64,000 bases of DNA from Sphyrna mokarran. Taxonomy: Eukaryota. Below the pieces are notes generated by a model, which had not been told where the DNA came from, ran no database searches, and worked only from the letters and a program-made list of their open reading frames with translations. Position numbers and translations under genes: made by a program. Shown piece after piece: positions 38,061 through 55,414 of the stretch. The stretch's first letter is position 1. Every line of letters starts with the position of its first letter. The stretch spans positions 120,342,001 to 120,406,000 of the forward strand of contig JAGIQG010000003.1 in the NCBI GenBank assembly GCA_024679065.1, written 5' to 3'.

Positions 38061-41000
38061 GACTTTCAGACACAGAGGAACATTAACCTCAAAAGCTAAT
38101 AGCCACAAATCCACATGAACAAGTTGAGGTTCAACAATACTTGAGGAACAGGTACATTTAATAAAGAATGTTCACACTGGATCAGCAGGATGTCCAGAAC
38201 TACAAAAAGAAAGGAATTAAAGGTTAATAGTGTTGGTTTGAACCTTTGGATTATAGAATCAACCATGATGTTTCGCTTTCTATCTACCTTTCCTACTTTG
38301 AGAAAGATAAAGGGAGAGAACATATTGTAGAATGGCCGAGATTCTCTTTTTTGGTAAAGAAACTCAAAGCCATTTCAGATGAGCCATATTAACTCATGGC
38401 ACCAGCATATCTTAATTCTTTTTGACCTTTTCCTTTTATTCTTGTGAATCCAGGTTGTGGATGTAAAGAAGGCAGAAGTTGTGGTTGATAGCAGAAAGGA
38501 TTCCCTACAGATATTCATCTGGAGTCACATAATGTCCTCTTGCAGCAGATTTTAAAGTAAGTACATGTTATAATTCAGATAGTGTACAAGCCCACAGGAT
38601 GAAAACTTACATGGTAATGTTCAGAGAAACGTCACATCTTCAGGGACAACTTGTATGTGGTTTGTGCCAATAATGAGAAGAATGTATTATTTACAACACA
38701 GAATGGAAGGTCACAAGGCACCAGCTACAAAAATAGGCAGGAAACAGCACTGTTTTCCCACTGCTGCACTGACCTCATTAATGGCATGTGGAGAAAAATG
38801 AATGAAGGAGAATGAATGTTACAAAGTCATAACTTTCAATGTCACAGTACTCATGGTTTATACATAGTCATTTGAACAGAAGAGGACAGATCAGCAATGA
38901 TGAATATATTGAGCTCCATATATATTCATACAATATATATTGTATATATTATATATGGAAAAAATCTGTGATAATGATTGAAAGTTCCTAAAGTAATTTC
39001 AAAATAATAAAAACTTAATGATGGTTTAAATTAAAAAACCCAAATCCTATGACTGAAATAGAGCTTTACAAGTTACCTCACAGCCCAAGTTGAAGCAACA
39101 AATTGAGCAAAAGGATCTGATTCCCGAGAGCTACACTCGACACGAATATATAGGCCACCAGAGTCTTCTCACAAAGTAGACTCATTACCATTCCAATCTA
39201 CTTTTACATGCACCAACAAGAAGGACCCAGAAACCAATCTGTGTACTATCCTGCTTTGTGGCTACCACTCAGCCAAATAAGGTTCAATGTGAGGGGCAAT
39301 AAGTATGCTTATCATCTGCCATATTAGATAAGGGCAATAAACATTTTCTTTATCCACACTTGGATCAGGCAGTGGACCATTTATAGCCCCAAAAGCCAGT
39401 CCATCAGCTGCTCTCAACCAAGAGGACAGACAGCTTATTTCAATGTGGAGTCAGGAACAGTACTCTCCCATTAAAGGGATTTATCGCCTTTGCTCCAATG
39501 CCACCCACCAACCTAACGTCACCCTCATCTGCCAATTGCCCAGATCCTTGTCATGACTCCCAATGGCCACCAGTCCTGGGCCTAAACCCCCAATCCCCCC
39601 TGAAACATGGTGACCAGCTTCACATCAATTCCTTCTCTATCATACACTTTCTATTCACTTTGTTAACAATCATTTTAAACGGATAATTCTTTACTACTGA
39701 CTCCTTAATCAGACAAAATAGTCTTGGTTGATTCATTCTGTCAAATTTCTTCCATAATTTGAAAGTCCTTTACTAATTCTCCTTGAGGACTTTCTTTTGC
39801 AAGTGAGACAGTTTCTTTTAGATATCCTACCCAAATACAAAATGATGTTAATTTCTTTCACAGTTATGCTAAAAATCCCAATTTTACAATTGATATTGAG
39901 GAACATAAGAGCAGGATTATAGATAGGAGCATTGAGCCCCTTACCCCCTCACCCCTGCTCCATTATTTAATGAGATCATTACTGATCTGCCTTTGGCCTG
40001 AAGCTCACCTTCTTCTCTGCCCTCCCTAACTCTGGACTCCCTTGTTGATCAAAATTCTAACACAGCCTTGGACATATTCAATGGCGTAGCTTCCACTGCT
40101 GTCTGGGAAAGTGAATTTCAAAGGTTAATGACCTTCAGTGAGAGAAAAAAAAAATCCTCCTCAGCACTGTCTTAAATCTTCAACCTTGTTGATAATCGTT
40201 CTGAATTGGCCTTAATACCAGTCTGGTAATTAAAATTATTTTACTCAGCAAGGAGTAAATGCTGCAAATTTTGACATTAGAGAAATCCTTCAGATATTTG
40301 GTTCCCCCTTCATAATGTTGGGTATGATGAGCATGCATTTATGAATGTATAAAGAATCTGAACTTTGGCAATGATTCAAAATGTTTAAATGTAGTCTCAA
40401 CTATCAGTAACAGCAAACACAGTGTAGTCATATTATATATTATACATCATATCATAGTATTCGGGGTCCAGGGCTGTGAGGGTTAATCTGGTACGTTTTT
40501 CTATTCATTCGTGGGATGTAGGTATCACTGGCTAGCCAGTATTTGGTGCACATACCTAGTTGCCCACGGAAGACAGTTGAGAATCAATCACATGTAAGCC
40601 AGACAATGTAAGGACAGCAGATTTCCTTCCCTCAAGGACATTAGTGAACTGGGGAAACAGTACTGGCCATCTTATGATCTATAGATTTGGATAGGAGTAG
40701 TAGTATAGTGGTGAGTCTGGCAAAGTTAGCATGAAGGTAGCACCTAGTCAAGATTATATCCTGTATGAAAATATGTGCTACTAATAAACACTTACTGTTG
40801 AACCATACAATATCTAGGCATCTTCATGAGATAACTCATAGCAATACAACAAAGTGGCAGCAGGTAAAAGACCCCAAAATCTTTAATAGTAAACAAATTG
40901 CTCTCTAACCAGAGAGAAGTGTGTCTAACTTGAAGATTCCCAAGCTGGAAATTTCCAAAGAAATTCCATTGCAGGGGTGCAGGCTGAAAGGCAGAAGAAA

Positions 41001-42030
41001 GATCCACTTAGGTGTGTAAAACAACTCCAGCAAAGCATGTGGACTGCAGGACCTGACTGAAAGCAGAGACAAGGAACCTAGCCAGGTCATAAACAGGATA
41101 ACAAACTCCCAAAAAAAGGCTGAAATAAGCTTTTACATTTGGCACAATGATCAGTTAGTGCTGGCAGAGAGATTGTTTACTGAGCGCTGTTTGGAGTTTC
41201 CAAATCAACTCCATAATATACGGCCACAACAGGTGAATGCAGAAACAAAATTTGCAAGGTAAGTTAGAGCAAAACATTGATTCTCCAGGAATAGAATTGG
41301 CGGTCGAAACAAATTGTTCAAAAGATTTTCAATAGAATCATTGAAGTTTAAAATGATTCTGTAATCATAATAGGAGCCAGTCAAATCCTGACAAGCATGA
41401 GAAGAAAACAAACGTTAAAGTCATATTTCTCATGCTGAAAACAGTCTGAATGGTAAATCATTACTGCCAGACCAATTAAAGCAGATGGGAAGGCGAAACC
41501 AGATTGGAAATTGAGTGTTATAGAGAGAATACGATTCTTAAGATATATGATAGCATCAGTCTTGAATGAGAAGACAGAGATTGGACAAGTGAATACATGG
41601 TTATATTCGGTAGGTCCAATAGACAATGACATAAGTGCCAGACGAGGAATGATAGGGAGTGGGATAGCTTAATCTTGGATTTGGACATAGCTCGGCACAA
41701 CATCGAGGGCCGAAGGGCCTGTGCTGTGCTGCACTATTCTTTGTTCAATGTTAAGGAATAAATGCATTTTCTAATAACTTTGAAGAAATTATAAAGTTTT
41801 TAACACCTACTTTAAGCTAAGAAATAAAGACATTCATAAGCGAGCAAAATTTAACAAGAGTGTTCAAAAGCCACGGGTAACCGTAGGCACTTTCAAAAGT
41901 GAGTTATACAGATCAGCTGAAGGCTGTAACTATGGTGACCTTAATGGGAATGGCTGATGATATTCTTTTGGAAATACTCCAATTTAAAGAAGATCTGACT
42001 TTGGAAAAATCTATCTAAATAGTCAATCAG

Positions 42031-42305
42031 ATGCACGGGTGGCAGAATGGTTAGCACAGCTGCTCAGAGCGCCAGAGGTCTGGGTTCAATTCTGGCTTTG
42101 AGTCATTATCTGTGTGGAGTTTGCACATTCTCCCCATGTCTGTTTGGGTTTTCTCTGGGTGCTCTGGTTTGTTCCCACAGTCCAAGATGTGCAGGTTAGG
42201 TGGATGGATCAGTTGCCCTTTAGTGGCAGGGGGACTAGCAGGGTAAACGCGTGGGAATACAGAGATTGTTGTTGATGCAGGCTCAACAGGGCAAATGGCC
42301 TCTTT
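42031..42305 (+). mobile_element. V-SINE
   Basis: Head, core and partial tail. Confidence 0.8.
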
Positions 42306-42309
42306 GACC

Positions 42310-45222
<2,913 letters not shown>

Positions 45223-48200
45223 CTATAAAACAGGAATAAACAGTTAACCAGCTTCACTGATGAGAACAAATCTCTTGATTTAACAGATTCAAGAAAAAGA
45301 AAACAAAAACAAAGCAACGCGATTCTAAAACTAATATTTTTTTAAAACCATTGTGAACAATGATACTGATCGTTATGATAACTAGAGTTATCATAATTAA
45401 TAGTTTTTAGATATTAATTAAATTATACAACCAGACTCTGAGTAATTGGATGATGTTCATTTATAAGACATTGTCAATATGTGGGAATGAAGCACTTTGC
45501 TCAGCCACTGTTAGTCAGGGCAGGGAGGGCCGACATTATCGTGTTTTTTATGGAAATCTTGTCTGCAAGAGAATGTTCCTTAATTCAAAACTCAGAAAAA
45601 CATCTTCAAATGTACCAAAGGGATGTTGAACTGATAGCAGCCATTTCTTGCAACAGCTCTGGATTGCAACTAAATCTGGAATGAATTTGTGCTGAACGAT
45701 GTCTATTTTTATGCTGTGAATTCACCAGCGATTTGGCTGACAAATTTGACTTAGTGATCAGAAATTTGCATTCACAAAACTTTGGAAACCCAAGTCATGT
45801 GCAATAAAGTTTTTTTGAAAGTTTTCTTTACAGAGGAACACTGAGTCGAGGGATTTTCATGTGAACATGTTTTCCTGTTTTCTCCATGGTAACGGCTTTG
45901 ATATAAAATAAAGACTAGGCATTCATAAGATCCATATCCTTAAAATACATTAGGTTGAATTCTCCAAATAGCAGCAATGCCAGGTGGATGAAGTGGGTAG
46001 TTGGGTGAAGTTGTGGAGTCAGTCAGGTGAGACTGGGGGGTTGGGTATGTGTACGTACCCAGGGGTTAGAGCAGGTTTTAATCTGTCTGACGTTTCCTAG
46101 ATAAATATCCAAGCAAGTTGCACAGGACAGTCCAAGATTTCCAACTCAGAGTCCAAGATTTTGTGAAGGATCTCAGGATATAAGAAAATTGGTCATCGGA
46201 AGTTTAAACATTCCAGTAGTTTCCCAACGTACCTCCGCACGTCAGGATCCTGACTTGCATCTTCCATTGTACATCCAGTCTCCTGACAATATAGAGACTG
46301 GAAGATTTGAGCAATTATAATGTCACAGGGCAGAACTTTCCCATTCTGCCCATCATGGGAACCAGAGCGGATAGGACACGGATCATAAAAAGGTCCGTTG
46401 ACATTGGGCAGGATTTTCTGGTCTTGGGACGAGCATCCAGCGTCAGAGAGTTTTACAGCATGGACAGAGGCACTTCGGCCTATTACGTATGTGCTGGCTG
46501 CCAAGTACCTATATTTTCTGATATCACTTCCCAGCACTTGGCCCATAGCCTCCTATGTTATGGCAATTCAAATGATAGATCTTTTGAATTGGGTAGTAAC
46601 TTACAGTATAAATGTTACATCATGCCTAGTTTTGAAATATCATCAACATAAACTGATGGTGTACAATGAAACTGCTTTACATTAGAGAAACAAGAAATAA
46701 TCCCAATTTATAGTCTTGAAACAACATATTTTACGATTAATCCTTTGAAGATTCTGATGGTATTTTGGGTACAGAAACAAAATAAAGTAATACTTTAGCC
46801 TTATATGGGAAATCCAGGAATGTAAAATGTTGCATATAACCTGTTCTGCGTGGGATTAGATTTACGATTTATGGGAGTAAATTTTCCCGCCCAGTTTGCC
46901 ATGGGAATTGTAGCTGGCAGGATAGAAAATTCGGTGGTCCGTTGATCTCAGTTGAGAATTCCCAATCCCAGGATAGACACGGCCAGAAAATCCCATCCAT
47001 AATGTCCAAACTGTGCTTCTTTTAAATGTGTTATGTGGTTTCACATTTATCCTTCTGATATCATAATATGGGTTGAGACCAGCATCCACCTTAACTTCCC
47101 TCTCATTAAACTATTTCTGAGAATCTTCTCTCTCATTCAGGTCTGACCTCCTGTCTAATCATCCAGCAAAGAAATGTCCAGTCTCCTCAACATCAATCAT
47201 CATTTTCTGTTCAAGGTAAACTTTTTCCCAGAAATAAATCTACAGGGAAAGAACCTGCTCCATTTGGAAGGACATTTCGCTCATCCTTATTCATTTATAA
47301 AGAACAAAGAACATTAGAAATAGCAGCAGTTTCCCATCCTGAAAATGATTCATTTATCTCACGAACTCTGACCTGTGATAAGCCCGTGTGTTCTGGTTGC
47401 CATGAGAACAGGGGACCCAAGTCAAGCCTTATTGAAGGTCAGGTGTCAGTTTTAACATCTGAACGCAAAGGAAAATATACCTGACCTTACTACTGCTAAA
47501 CTTGCAAACTCAGTGACCCTGAAGGGAGAGCGAGAGAGAGATCCTGCTTTGTGTGCAAAGCAGAGTAGCTACAGGTATAAAAGCAGGATACTTATAACAA
47601 CAGGGTTTTTATTCAGAAAGAAAATGGTGGAACAGGTGGAACTTTTGGAGGTCAAAGTGGATTTTGCAGCCGGGTAGTGGAGTATTCAGTTATGCTCAAA
47701 AGGCTGAGTAAGAAGAACTTTGTTTGAAAGGTTACAGGATGATCTGGTAAGAATAAGGGCCTGCTGAAATGCCAGGAGCAATTTGAACAACTCTGCTGAA
47801 AGCATGGTATAATGCACAGCATAAGTTGTGTTAACAAGTGACTAAGGGGGCATCTTTTCTACAGCTTAGTGCATTGGTCACCGATGAAGTAATGTTTAGT
47901 CAATACTGCTTTTAGTTTGTTTGTTACAGTCTTAGTCTTGAAACATGAAATCTTATTTTCTGTCCCTTTGGAAATTCAAATCTCATGGGTGGAATTTTTC
48001 TGTCCCACCTGCCATGGGAATTGTAGCCAGCAGAGGGGCGTAGGGCATCCTGCTGACCTTGGGTAGGATATTCTGGCCTTGGGTGACGTGACCAGAAAAA
48101 CCCGCCTCTTGTTAAAAGTTATCACTCCATTCCATTTACTCCATACACTACTTGAATGAGTAGAAAATGGAAAATGCTCAGCATTGGTACCTCTCGATGG

Positions 48201-49007
48201 GCTGAATACAAAACATAAGGATCGAGCACAGCATTATAGTGAAGAACTCCATACAGTTAAACACCAATCACTAGAGGGTGCTCACATCTTATTAAATGGT
48301 GATGTGTGGCAGAAGACGGCTTTAATGTTGCTTATTTCCACTGACACAGTAATATTCCACACAAATTTGCAAAGATCAGCCACCCCAGTGGGGAGGATGT
48401 GAATGTGAATAATGAGACTAAAAGTTCTGAATAGACAAAATGGTTGCTAATAGCAACAGGTAGTACCTAACATGGCCTGCTGGAACATTTTCATCAGTAA
48501 CATGTTTTTAAACAGTAGTAGGGGGAGTTTTCCTGTCCTGTCCCCTGTCCCGCCACTAGAATCAAAGTGTTGGGGGTGGAATTATACAAAGGTCCATTGA
48601 CCTTGAGTGGGATTTTCCAGGGTGAGCGCAGCTAGAAAATCCCGGGCAATGGCTTTTCCTCAAGAACCTTTAAAATGATGACAGGATTTCTGAAATTCTC
48701 TTAGACACTGTATTATTGAAAAAATGATAACGGAGAGTCAGTTTTGAATCTTGCTGACCACTCAGTTTGCTGTGGACAATATTTTTTGCCTTACTTTGAC
48801 TGATCAAATCAACATTGCCATTGATAATGAGAATTTTGGAGATATTAAGTAATTATTAAAGTGACATCAGAAAATTCATATCTTAAGTATGGAAGAAAGA
48901 AGTTATTTGGTAAAACAATATTTTTCTCTCAATCATTTTTGAAATATTACATGCTCTAAGATTCTGTCCATGCCATGGCACCACCGCTGTAGCATCAGTA
49001 TCTGCAA

Positions 49008-49326
49008 ATCATGGTGGTACAGTTAGCACTGCTGCCTCACTGTGCCAGCGACCTGGGTTCAATCCTGGCCTCGGGTCATTGTTGCTGCGGAGTTTGCATA
49101 TTCTCCCTGTGTCAGCATGGGTTTCCTCCAGGTGTTCCGGTTTCCTCCCACAGTCCAAAAATGTGAGGGTTAGGTGAAATGGCCATACTACATTGCCCCT
49201 TAGTATCAGGACTCTAGCTAAGGTAAATGCCTGGGGTTGTGGGGATAGGGCCTGGGTGGGATTGTGCTTGATGCAGACTTGATGGACCAAATAACCTCCT
49301 TCTGCATTGTAGGATTCTATGATTCT
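49008..49326 (+). mobile_element. V-SINE, CR1-type tail
   Basis: Head, core and gattctatgattct tail. Confidence 0.85.
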
Positions 49327-51489
49327 ACGACTGTTCTCAAATAAAAGATGGCAACAAATGCTGGAGTGTGGTTTTGTTGGAGCAAGTAGACCCCTATATC
49401 TCACCCAATAACCATTCTACATACATGAGTTTAGACAATGGGAGGCTAACTCCTCAAAATTCCCTTATGTGATGGACCTGTACTCACTGACGGAATAGGA
49501 AGAGTACGGTTGGTGTTGCATTCTTACAGGGCGTTAAAAACAGTAAGTGCGACAAAAAGTGAACAGATCTGGTAGCATCTGTGAAAAGAGAAACGGAGTT
49601 AGCCTCTTTGGTCCACCTTGTTGTCTAACGAGGGGCATACACGCGATGGGTCGTGAGGGGACTGCTCTTGGATTTTTTTTGAGAGTGTCCTAGTGCTTCA
49701 CGTCGTTAGTGTACGCTTGACCTGGACCATTTGATGGGCAACACGACAGCTCAGTGACTATCGCTGTGCTGTGCAGATACATGGATTTGGGCCTGTGTCT
49801 GTGGGAGTTTGCGCATTCTCCCCGTGCTTGTGTGGGTTTTCTCCGGGAGCTCCGGTTTCCTCCCACATCCCAAAGATGTGCTCTTAGGCTAATTGGCAAA
49901 ACAAATTCTCCCTAAATTGTCTCAAATTTGGTTTTTAATCCATAGATCTATAAACATGGACAGGGATTGTGGGTAGAGGTGGGAACATCGGGGTGGCGGC
50001 GTGGGTTCGTTGGGCCGAAGGGCCTGTTTCCCATGTGTTTTTGTTCTTTGTTCTTTGTCATGTTCTGATGCATCCATCGCTCAATTTCACACTCAGTCAC
50101 CAGCTCAGATACTGAGTGTATGTATCTGAGAGGATGGAGTAGAAGCATATGGTGAGATATAGGGAATGGATATGCTGCAGCAAGCAAGGATAGCATAGGT
50201 GCCAACTTGTCCAAGAAAAAGTGACATGTGGAGGATTCTGAGGAACACTTTAAGGCAGCAGCCTAGTGAGGATCTCTGATGGGTTTTATTTATGTATTCA
50301 TCGACACCGTTTACTGGCCAGCTTTTATTGTCCATCTATAGTTGCCCTTATTCAGAGGGCAGCTGAAAGTCAACCATATTGCTATGGCTCTGGAATCACA
50401 TGTACAATCATATAATCCCTGCAGTGCAGAAGGAGGCCATTCAGCCCATCAAGTCCGCACCACCTACAATCCCATGCAGGCCAGACTGGAAAGGACAGAA
50501 GATTTCCTTCCCTCAAGGATATTAGTGAACAAATGGTTTTTTCAACAATTGACAATGGTCATCAGTAGATTACTAATTCTAGTAATTTTAAAATTGAATT
50601 CAAATTCCACCATCTGCCATGGTGGGATTTGATCCACAGAACATTAGTTGAGTTTCTGAATGAATAGTCTAGTGGTAATGCGAGGGGTGTGGACAGTGAA
50701 ATGCTTGGCGTATTGTGAAGCCTGTGGTCAATGTCAAAAAGCGCAGAGCTTTCTTGCAGTAATTTGGAACAGAGTTTTATACTAAGTCGGGGCCTATCCT
50801 TTCCAGTGTGTAAGTGCTGACTAGCTCCGTCCGACCACAGTGCAGCGTTTGATGCGTGACATCATAACTTTCACTGTAGCACAAACAGACGACGCACAAT
50901 CCCTGTGTGCTGCACTGAGGTCATGCGAGGTCAGCCTGCTGTTATGGAAGCTCAGGCTACTGTCATCCTGGCTGTGGATTACAGTGTTCAAGGGAGCTTG
51001 CAGGATCTCACAGCAGTGCTGCAATCTGTCTGTCGATGGATGAGTAAGATTACTGAGAGTCCACACGGGTTAATGGCAGCGACTCTGGAACAGAATGCTG
51101 CTAATCTGGCTCAGAATGACAGCATTTGGCCTCCCGCTGTATCACTGTGCCAGTGCCCTTGCTGTTGACTGTCAGCCAGGCTCATGCTACTACTGCCAGT
51201 GCCAAGATGGTGTAGGCTGCAACCACCTCCTCTTGGCCCAGAGCTGGTTGAGTTCATTCCTCAAGGCCGTCCGCCATTGTCCTCCTGAGAGAGACAGCCA
51301 CCTTCCACCTACCACAGCGACTCCTTGGGCAAAGACTTATGGGAAACTGGCAGTGAGGGAATGCAATTAGGTTAGCTTTGTTTTCAATACAATGTGATTT
51401 TCATTTCTAAGTTTTATTTGGATCATTTTGTGGTGGCTTTGATTTTTTTTGCATTGTGACCAAGCAGGTGCTGTGATGATCAGTGACAG

Positions 51490-51800
51490 AGTGAGGGGGA
51501 GGGGTGGGGAGTGAAGGGGAGGAGTGAAGAGTGAAGGGAGGGTGTGGAGAGTGAGGGGAGCATGTGGGAAATGATGGGGAGGGGGCGGGGGTGATCAGGG
51601 GGGTGGGAAATGATGGGAGGGGCGGGGAGTGAGGAGTAGGGATGGGGAGAGAGTGGGGAGTGTGAGGTAGAGGGGTGGGGAGTGAGAGAGAGATGAGAAA
51701 AGAGGAGGGGGTGAGGGGAGGGTGGGTATGGTGGGTAAGGGGTGGCATGTGGAATGGAGAAAAATGGGTGGGTGTGCAAAGGGAAGGGGCAGCTTTTGGG
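51490..51800 (+). repeat. G/purine-rich low-complexity tract with G-quadruplex potential
   Basis: Many GGG(G) runs; gggaaatgatggg repeated. Confidence 0.75.
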
Positions 51801-52139
51801 GTTAAAGTTACTGGGATTGAATCTGTTAGTTCTTCCAGGACAGCCTGTTCAGAAAGTGCCTGTCCAGTCTATCTGATCCTTCCATCTTCTCCCTTACGCC
51901 CTTTACAATGTCCCTGAGCTGCTCATCCTGTCGCTGATGGCAATGGCTGTCCTTCCAGGGGATTAGCAGCAATGGAAATACCATAAGAAATCCAGATCCC
52001 AATCCCATCTAAAGCTGCAGGACTTCTCCAGAACTGTTCAGGCAGCAGAAACATTGTTTCAGCGACCTGCCCTGTTAGATTGTGTGTGGCAGGATGGTTT
52101 TTGCATGCTGCCTATGACTGCATGGATCATACACCAGAG

Positions 52140-52400
52140 TCTTCAAAGAATGGTCCCCGCCATCCAATCACCTTTGGTTACCATGGTGACTATAATGTTT
52201 CTGGTTTGAAGTTTGAAGGCTGCTGCCAGGATACAGTGTGTCGACCCACATGATTCATTGCCTATGGATGACATTGAGGGGGCATAAACCCTCCAGTTGT
52301 GGATCAGGGCAGAGGCACAGAGATGCAGTCAATGGCACTGTGCATCATCAGAAAACCCACAATCCTTCCAAAGCCTCATGCTCACTCCCAACCTGCAACA
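52140..52400 (-). pseudogene. PIF/Harbinger (HARBI1-like) DDE transposase relic, probably within a larger decayed element spanning about 50.7-53.7 kb
   Basis: Collinear degenerate motifs GFLMMHSAIDCI, GLCPLNVI, IMWVDTLYPGSS, WMRG versus GFPxVxGAIDCTH, KGFHSLNVQ, YPGSxHD, WLLGD. Confidence 0.7.
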
Positions 52401-52429
52401 ATGATGGAAAACTGCAAAGTGTTGACTTT

Positions 52430-52730
52430 GGCTGGTAGCATAGTGATTAGCACTGCTGCCTCACAGTGTCAGGGACCTGGGCTCAATTCCAGTGACTGTC
52501 TGTGTGGAGTTTATACATTCTCCCCATATCTGCATAGGTTTCCTCTGGGTGCTCTCGCTTCCTCCCACAGTCTAAAGATGTATATGTTAGGTTGATTGGC
52601 CATGCTAAATTGCTCCTTACTGTCAGAGGGATTAGGAAGGTAAATATGTGGGACTGTGGGGATACAGCCTGGTTGGGATCGTGCAGGCTCGATGGGCCAA
52701 ATGGCTTCCTTCTGCACTGTTGACTCTATG
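52430..52730 (+). mobile_element. V-SINE inserted in the Harbinger relic region
   Basis: Head, core and tail. Confidence 0.8.
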
Positions 52731-54401
52731 GCCAGAATCTTACCAACCCAAAATCGGGGAGAGGCTTGCAGAACAACATTCTCCATTGGCCTCGGGCAGG
52801 ATCTTGCAAGTTGCTGGCAGGTGAAGTAAAGTTCTGGCATATGCCTCCATTTCCAACCTGGAACCATTCATATGCAGAAAAGGTCATTGCCCCATCACTT
52901 TCATAGCTGATGCCAATGCAATCCTTGCCCTTCTTCAACTGTGCCAGCAGGTGGCAGATTTCTGACAGGGTGTCTTTATTGAAGTACCAACATCTTGTAC
53001 ATTATTCCTTGCTGAGGTTTAGCTGGAGTCATTTCTCTCTGAACATCCTGGATAGAGATGGCCTCGTGCTGAAAACTCTTTTCCCACTCCTGCTCCTCCC
53101 TCTTTCACCAGCTTATCCTGCTCTGCATGCCCTCTGCTCATTCACCCAGTAATGCAACATCCTGAGGGGTATACCTACCTCTGCATTCCTGCTTGGGAGA
53201 GAGGGTTGGCGCAGAAACTTTGAAGTCAAGAAAAAGTCCTTCCGCACCTGTCATTCCATTCCCTGTAGACCTTTGCAATTTCAAATAACTATGGAAAACA
53301 TCTAACACTTGTAGAAATAAAGCACCAGACAGAAGAAATCAACCAGCAAAGTAATCTTAGGTGGTGGATAATCCCTTTAAATAGCACCCAGTGGAGATTG
53401 GCAGTGGGGTGGGGGGATTGGTCCACCGTGCTTCCTTAATGCACACTCAGGTGTGAGAGGTTAAGCAGGTCATTGGCTGGATCACTGAGACCTGTGTTGC
53501 AAACTGATCTCTAGGCAGTACCATGGCAAAGAATGTTGCATCATTCCTCCACCAGACATTCACTGCGTGAGCAGTACTGGCCAAACCAAGATGGCGACCA
53601 GTGCAATTCTCAGCAGAAGTGCATATGCATAGCAGATGCAAATTTGGTTCAAATGGGATGAGGGTGGAGGGGGCTAGAGGGAGGGTCATTTTAACTGAGC
53701 CCCATCCCATCAATATTTAACACCAAACAGATGTATTTCTAGCAGAACTTACTGGTTTGTACCCCCTCTCTAGCAAACCTCACTCTGTACAGCACTTTTG
53801 GCATTTTGGCTGAGATTAGCTAATTGACTACAGATAAGAGTTCAATTCTCAAACCTTGCTGGTGTGCCCAAGAAACAATGTTTTGATCTTAAATAACTTC
53901 ACATACGCAAGCTATTTATAAATTTGTGCAGGCAACTATAGATATCAAACAGAATACAAGTGTATCAAATCAGGGACTGCTGCTTCCTTTTCACATCTTT
54001 TCCACCCACTTCCTTCAGACTGAAAGGGCCTCAAATAACTTCACTTTCCCTGTTGAATGTGGGTTTCTCTGAACCCCAGCAATTTGGCCTTCTATATACC
54101 ATGGACCAAGGGAAATTGAAGCTGAGTGAAAGGATTGTGTGCACATACAGTTTGGAGCTTTCTAATTAGCAAGCAGATTTATGGACTTGATCTTGTTATC
54201 TTTCATGACGTTATTTAAATATTCAACTTCAATGCATTTTGATCTGAAGCAGTATAATAGAGTGTTTAAGATGCTGGACCATCAACACTGCAGAGATAGT
54301 ACCACCAGATTTTTTGAGCCTATAAGATAGTTTATGAATGCATAATAGCATAGTCAGTGAACGCAACAAATTTACCACAATGATTTATCTTTGTGGATCT
54401 C

Positions 54402-54683
54402 TGGGCAGTACCATGGCACAGTGATTAGCCCTGCTGCCCCTACAATGTCAGGGACTGGGGTTTAATTCTAGTCTTGGGTAACTGTAGACTTTGCACATTC
54501 TCCCTTTGTCTGAGTGAGTTTCCTCTAGGTGCTCTGGTTTCCTCCAAAGATGCTACAATAAATGGCCCCTTAATGTTAGGGGGGACTTAATCAGGTAAAT
54601 ACGTGGGGATAGGGCCTGGGTAGGATTGTTCCTGGTGCACTCGATGGGTCAAATGACCACTTCTTGCACTGTAGGGATTCTGT
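54402..54683 (+). mobile_element. V-SINE
   Basis: Head, core and tail. Confidence 0.8.
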
Positions 54684-55303
54684 GGTTGGAATACTTTTGT
54701 ACCTGAGATTTCATTTTCTTTGAAATCCGATTTTCTCCTTTTCTTGAAGGGGGGGGGGGCACATCCATGGGTACCAAGTAATCTCGCAGGAGTCACTAAA
54801 AGTTATTCATTCCTCCATCCTCCCGCATGATTTTTACCTTCTAAACCAAAGTGCACAGGGGCCATTTGTCACAATCAGCCACTGGCACCCCAGTTCATGT
54901 CAGCCTGAGACAGCACAAACTGGGGACTGAACCTGCGACTCCTTCAGTATGGAATAGCTGAGTAAACTGCCTGTACTGGGAGAAGTAACTGAAATTTTTT
55001 AGCACTAGGATCCTGGAACCTGCAATTCCTTGAACTTCTGCAATGGGATAAACTGTTACCTGTCAAGGGGAAAGGAAGGATCAACACAACATCTATGGGC
55101 AAAAAATAACTCTCTTAACATATCCGTTTTGACTTTATAACACCAGCTTCAAAGAACAATAACACTTTAGGTTCTCTTTTTAAATGCCAGGTCAGATGAG
55201 TGAAATATTTTTAAACTGTAAGCTATTTTTGAATGCTTCTAATCTAGTTGTTCTCATCTCCTTCTGAATGAGATGGGATAAATGCGGAGGATATTTGAGT
55301 AAT

Positions 55304-55413
55304 AGGGCGGGATTTTATGGCCTCGCTCGTCCCAAAAATATAAAATCTCGCCCGAGGTCAACAGACCTTCCCATTGTCTGCCCCTTGCCCACAGTGGCAA
55401 TAAAATTCCGGCC
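55304..55413. mobile_element. Short MITE (probably Harbinger-type), representative of about 12 copies (near 7105-7240, 10860-10990, 16555-16683, 31990-32107, 43250-43375, 46326-46460, 46873-46998, 47985-48107, 48520-48647, 52729-52840)
   Basis: Terminal inverted repeats gggcgggatttta / taaaattccggcc and a shared core aaaatcccgcccgaggtcaa.ggacc. Confidence 0.7.
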
Positions 55414-55414
55414 A

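Noticed and set aside
51407-51917. Pro/His-rich ORFs
   Set aside because: Translation of a low-complexity G-rich tract
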